DNA of 64,000 bases from Eledone cirrhosa. Taxonomy: Eukaryota. The notes beneath the pieces are model-generated. The model searched no databases. It saw only the letters and a list, made by a program, of their open reading frames with translations, and had not been told where the DNA came from. The DNA is taken from NCBI GenBank assembly GCA_964016885.1, contig OZ024748.1, positions 60,326,001 to 60,390,000 of the forward strand, read 5' to 3'. How positions within the stretch are numbered: position 1 is the first letter of the stretch; the number at the start of each line of letters is the position of its first letter. The translations under genes and the position numbers were made by a program. Shown in pieces: positions 59,850-64,000 of the stretch.

Positions 59850-60935
59850 TGGTGGCTGCCAACTCGTTTTCGAGTACGGCCACTACTTTATATCCATGTA
59901 GGAGAACCCCTACCGATGCGCTGAACGAGTGTGACTTTTTAGTCCAGCCAGCGACTTGAAAACTCTGGTACAAACACTACACTTGTGACAATTATCGACA
60001 CATAGTGCTTTGCCTTTGGTACCATGTGACGACAAGTGCAGAGAGATCTCCAGATATAAAGCAATGCCTGTGCCGTGAAGCTTTTATAGTGAGCAAAGGC
60101 ACTGCACAAAGCCAGTCCCACTCTCTTAACCAAGATGATATTTACCAAAAAGAAGAACAAGTCAACATCATTGGATACCATCAGGGTTGCAGGTGTTATA
60201 TCAGAGTTTTCCTTCTCCTAGAATTCTGCCTTGACAAAGGCTAAGGGGTCATCTCTCCCAGTGATTTTGGATGGCCATTGACTCTTAAGAGCTCCTTTGC
60301 CCTTTGACAGGTTTTGTTTTTAGTCCTGCAGGATGTCCAAAGTCACCCTCCTCACCAAGAAACCTTGGTGGGGTTGCCAGTTTAGTCGCCAACGACCCGA
60401 CCATGAAACAGGTTGTACATACATACATACATACATATACATATATATACTTTCATACATGATGCCTGCAAACTCTGCTTAGAGCATTGCAATCGCTTGT
60501 CAGATTATAGAGTTTGGTGCACGTTGAGGCTACGCCCAGCCAGACGAACTTGTAACAGATCCTGAAAAAGCAATGCCTGTGCTTTGAAGGTTTTTTAAGC
60601 GAGGAAAGCCCTTTCACTCGACTAATCCCACTCTCTGCGCATCGAAAAAACTGCCCGAAAAGGAGAACTGGTCAACATCATCGAATACAATTTTTTTTTT
60701 CGGAGTTTCCCGGACCTTTCACTTCCAGGTGGAAAAAAGTACTATTCTGATGGCCGTTGACTCTTCTGAGTTCCTCTGCCCTTTGCTCCGTCTTGTATTT
60801 CATCACACAGGTTGTCCAAATATCGCCCTCCTCTCCAAGCAAGCTTGGTGGGTTTGCCGGTTTAGTTGGCGACGACCCGACCATGAGACAGGTTGTACTG
60901 GCTTACGTATTACCAGTAGCACTCGAGAGCGACCT
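59850..60935 (-). mobile_element. Two stacked RTE-like non-coding repeats separated and flanked by (TACA)n-like tracts
   Basis: 59868-60418 matches 1980-2525. 60460-60935 is a diverged relative. Confidence 0.7.
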
Positions 60936-61161
60936 CATATACACATATGCACACACACACACAAACATATATATATATATTATATATACATACATACATA
61001 CATACATATATATATATAGCGATAATAACTGTTTTTACTTTTGGCACAAGGCCAGCAATTACCCAGTGCATTACTAACGTCGAAGAAATATTAACGTAGA
61101 GAGCAACTCGTGTCCGTAGAGCGAGTTTTAATAAATTAATCATGATAATTATGTATATATA

Positions 61162-61216
<55 letters not shown>

Positions 61217-61233
61217 ATATATATAAATTTTAT

Positions 61234-62130
61234 TAATATAATAGATTAAAGTTTAAGCAAAGAATCGCTGCTTTTACCCTTAACGGGATCTTCTGAAACT
61301 AAAAAAGTAAATCTGTGAACGCAGAAGTAAATATTTCCATGTATATGTATATATGTTTTTATTTATATTTTTATGTGTATTTGGTGTATACGTTCGTATG
61401 TGTGCGGGTACAGGCGTTGCGTGGGTTCTGTATGTGCGTGCGTGTTTTTTTTTTTTTCTTTGTGTACGTGCTTTTATTTGGATACCCATGGCAAGTGTTT
61501 TCGCGTATGCTTGTGTACGTATATGGATGTGTGTATGTATATATTTAATTTCAATTACCTCTGTATTTTATTTACTTTTTCTTAACTCCGAAGCCGAGCA
61601 TCATTCGGTTTCCTAAATAGAATTTTAGTCTACGACTTCAGTTATATCATTTACGTGATTTTGTCTTTGCGTGTAATTGTTCTCAATAGTCCACATAATG
61701 ACGTATTATCTTCGTTTTTTTCGTTCATTGCCAGAGAACGTCTCCATGAACCACCTAATAGAATATTAGTCTACGACTTCATTTATACCATAAACGTGGT
61801 TTTGTCTTTGCGTGTAATTGTTTTCACCGCACCAAATAATGACGTGTTATCTTCGTTTTTTTCCCATCTTTGCAGGGAACGTTTCCACGAACCAAAGTAT
61901 CGTCTTCCTGTCTTCCTCCGGTTGCAACGTTTTTTGAAATAATTACTTCTGCGTTCACAGATTGACTTTTTAAGTTTCAGAAGATCCCGTTAAGGGTGAA
62001 AGCAGCGATTCTTTGCTTAAACTTTAATCTATTATTTTAATAAATATTTGCTCTACGGTTCTTATATATTTGATATATATTTATCCTTATCGAGCCCTCT
62101 TTGGATTTTAGTCTTCAAATTTATTATTAT

Positions 62131-62134
<4 letters not shown>
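61234..62134 (+). mobile_element. CAGAAGA-family element with an inverted 5' arm, in (TA)n
   Basis: 61234-61337 is inverted at about 61936-62042. The internal part is homologous to Helitron interior 7780-8060. Confidence 0.8.
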
Positions 62135-62167
<33 letters not shown>

Positions 62168-62958
62168 CAAAGAGGGCGTGGTAAGATACCAGATGGCCCA
62201 TAACGCACCAGAGTACACGATACTTGGGATAGTAGAGTGGGAATCATTTCATATATATAAATATATATATGTGTGTGTGTATGTGTGTCTGTTTGTGTGC
62301 GTGCGTGTGTGTGTGCGTAAATGTATATATGTGTGTGTGGGGGGGATGTGTATGTGTAACGTTTTTAATATCAATACGAACACGTGGGAAATTCTTGTAG
62401 CAGATACGTTAGAGGGTGTAGCGGGGGGAACTTATCGCAACTGGTCCTGCAGAATTCCTAATCTGCCAAATTGCACCAGTATGGCGCATTAAAACGAGCT
62501 GAACACTATATGGATGTGATTAACACCCTCCTCGAGATGGGAATGAAATAATTTCTTTCCCGTGACGAATGTTGCCGAGTTTGTTTTGGTCAACGTACGC
62601 CTAATTAACCACAAATGGCGTCATAGAAACAGCACCTATTACCAATATGACATCCAGGTTGGTTTCTCTTGCAGGCTGTGTGACAAAGTGTGTAGGTGAG
62701 CCAGTCGACTCAATCAGCATTACTAGTCTCGGCATCCCGAAAGGAGGCAAGCTGCAGTAGAGAAACTGATAATCATACTCTGTTATTTGGAATGCGAGGA
62801 ATAAATGCGCCAAACAAGATGAGAATACATATATGCTCATAGTTCGATAGATCCGTTACAATCAGGAGAACATCATTCAATACAACAGATGCAGCAATCT
62901 CTTAAGTATATTAGCAATTAAATCTGTAATTTGTATGTTTTCAAATCCCAGCCTATGC

Positions 62959-63179
62959 ATGAAAATTAAGTAGAAAATATACAAATTTCACGTACAACAC
63001 CACACAAATATCTGCATATATATATATATATGCAGATATATATATCATCGAAAAATATATAGCAGTAAATAAAGGATTATGAGTTCATGCAATTGACTTA
63101 TGTTTCGTCACTATATATATATGCAGATATTTGTGCGGTGTTGTACGTGAAATTTGCATATATTCTACTTAATTTTCAT
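62959..63179. repeat. Inverted repeat with about 70-bp arms
   Basis: atgaaaattaagtagaa...atatctgcatata at 62959-63030 is inverted at 63112-63179. Confidence 0.85.
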
Positions 63180-63618
63180 ATATATACATATATATGCAGA
63201 TATTTGTGTGATGTTGTGCGTCTGTGTGTATTTTATATATAAATATATAGGTGAGTCTGTGTGTGTGTGTGTGTGTGTGTGTAAGTATAACGAGCCTACC
63301 CGAGCTCTGACATGCTATAAAGATAGCTTATGAAATAGGATGAAGTCCCTAAATAGACTGGAAAAGAAGTTGCCATCGGCCGATGTGAGAGATTGATCCC
63401 TAGCCGCTTTCTAGAAGATATTGGGTTCAATTCCTCATAGCCGTCATTGGAAACTCCCTTTTCCGTTTATTAAGGGAATTTATCGTATTTTAGAAGCTAT
63501 CTTTTTATAGCACTCCAGCTCTTGAGCAATTTTTTCATACCTACATATACATATATTCTCAATGCTTCAAAAGCCTACAATTCGATATCGTACATTATAT
63601 ATATAGATACATATATAC

Positions 63619-63717
<99 letters not shown>

Positions 63718-63780
63718 ATGAAGTATTTCCGTAGGAAGGGTAAAGGAAGGAGAGTGCTCTATGTATGCTACAGAGCTATT

Positions 63781-63987
63781 TAATTATGTAATAAACAACA
63801 TCAGACAATTATTCTATTTACCAAAGGTTTCAAGAAGACAGACGAGCTGAACAGAGACGACTGAAATTGCTCATCAGAATGAATGTTACGTCCATATTAA
63901 ATTTTCTTTCTGATGAGCGAATCCGTCTGTCTTCGTGAAACCTTTGCTAAATTAAATAATTGTCTTATGTTGTTTATTACATAATTA
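63781..63987. mobile_element. Fold-back element with a hammerhead in each arm (63816-63880 minus; 63907-63952 plus)
   Basis: att CTGATGA gcaa...GAAA cc ttt ggT A aat, and CTGATGA gcgaa...ttcgt GAAA cctttgcT A aat. The arms differ in stem II length. Confidence 0.72.
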
Positions 63988-64000
63988 CACACACACACAC

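Overview
AT-rich, microsatellite-saturated eukaryotic DNA with no host gene I can support. The SINE and (TA)n content looks like a mollusc, probably an octopus (inference). Most ORF-track entries are microsatellite artefacts. The real coding sequence is all retroelement: R4/Dong-type RLE LINEs (1-1979; a stacked array at 17.2-26.7 kb; 47.96-48.2 kb), a Tx1-clade L1 with an internal deletion (48.3-52.0 kb, plus two 3' fragments), a CR1-like remnant and a Penelope-like RT/GIY-YIG fragment. There are also a non-autonomous Helitron, two tRNA-SINE families and an RTE-like non-coding family. The main unannotated signal is about 17 type I hammerhead-ribozyme motifs, read by eye, from roughly 10 sequence families. 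Almost all sit in short non-coding fold-back or tandem elements next to (TA)n. They include a 317-nt-spaced tandem pair, a 544-nt monomer and a U3-A8 compensatory variant. In several cases the duplication or inversion breakpoint falls at the predicted cleavage site. This suggests a diverse set of Penelope-mobilised, retrozyme-like RNAs. Coordinates were counted by hand and may be off by a few bases. No folding or database search was run.
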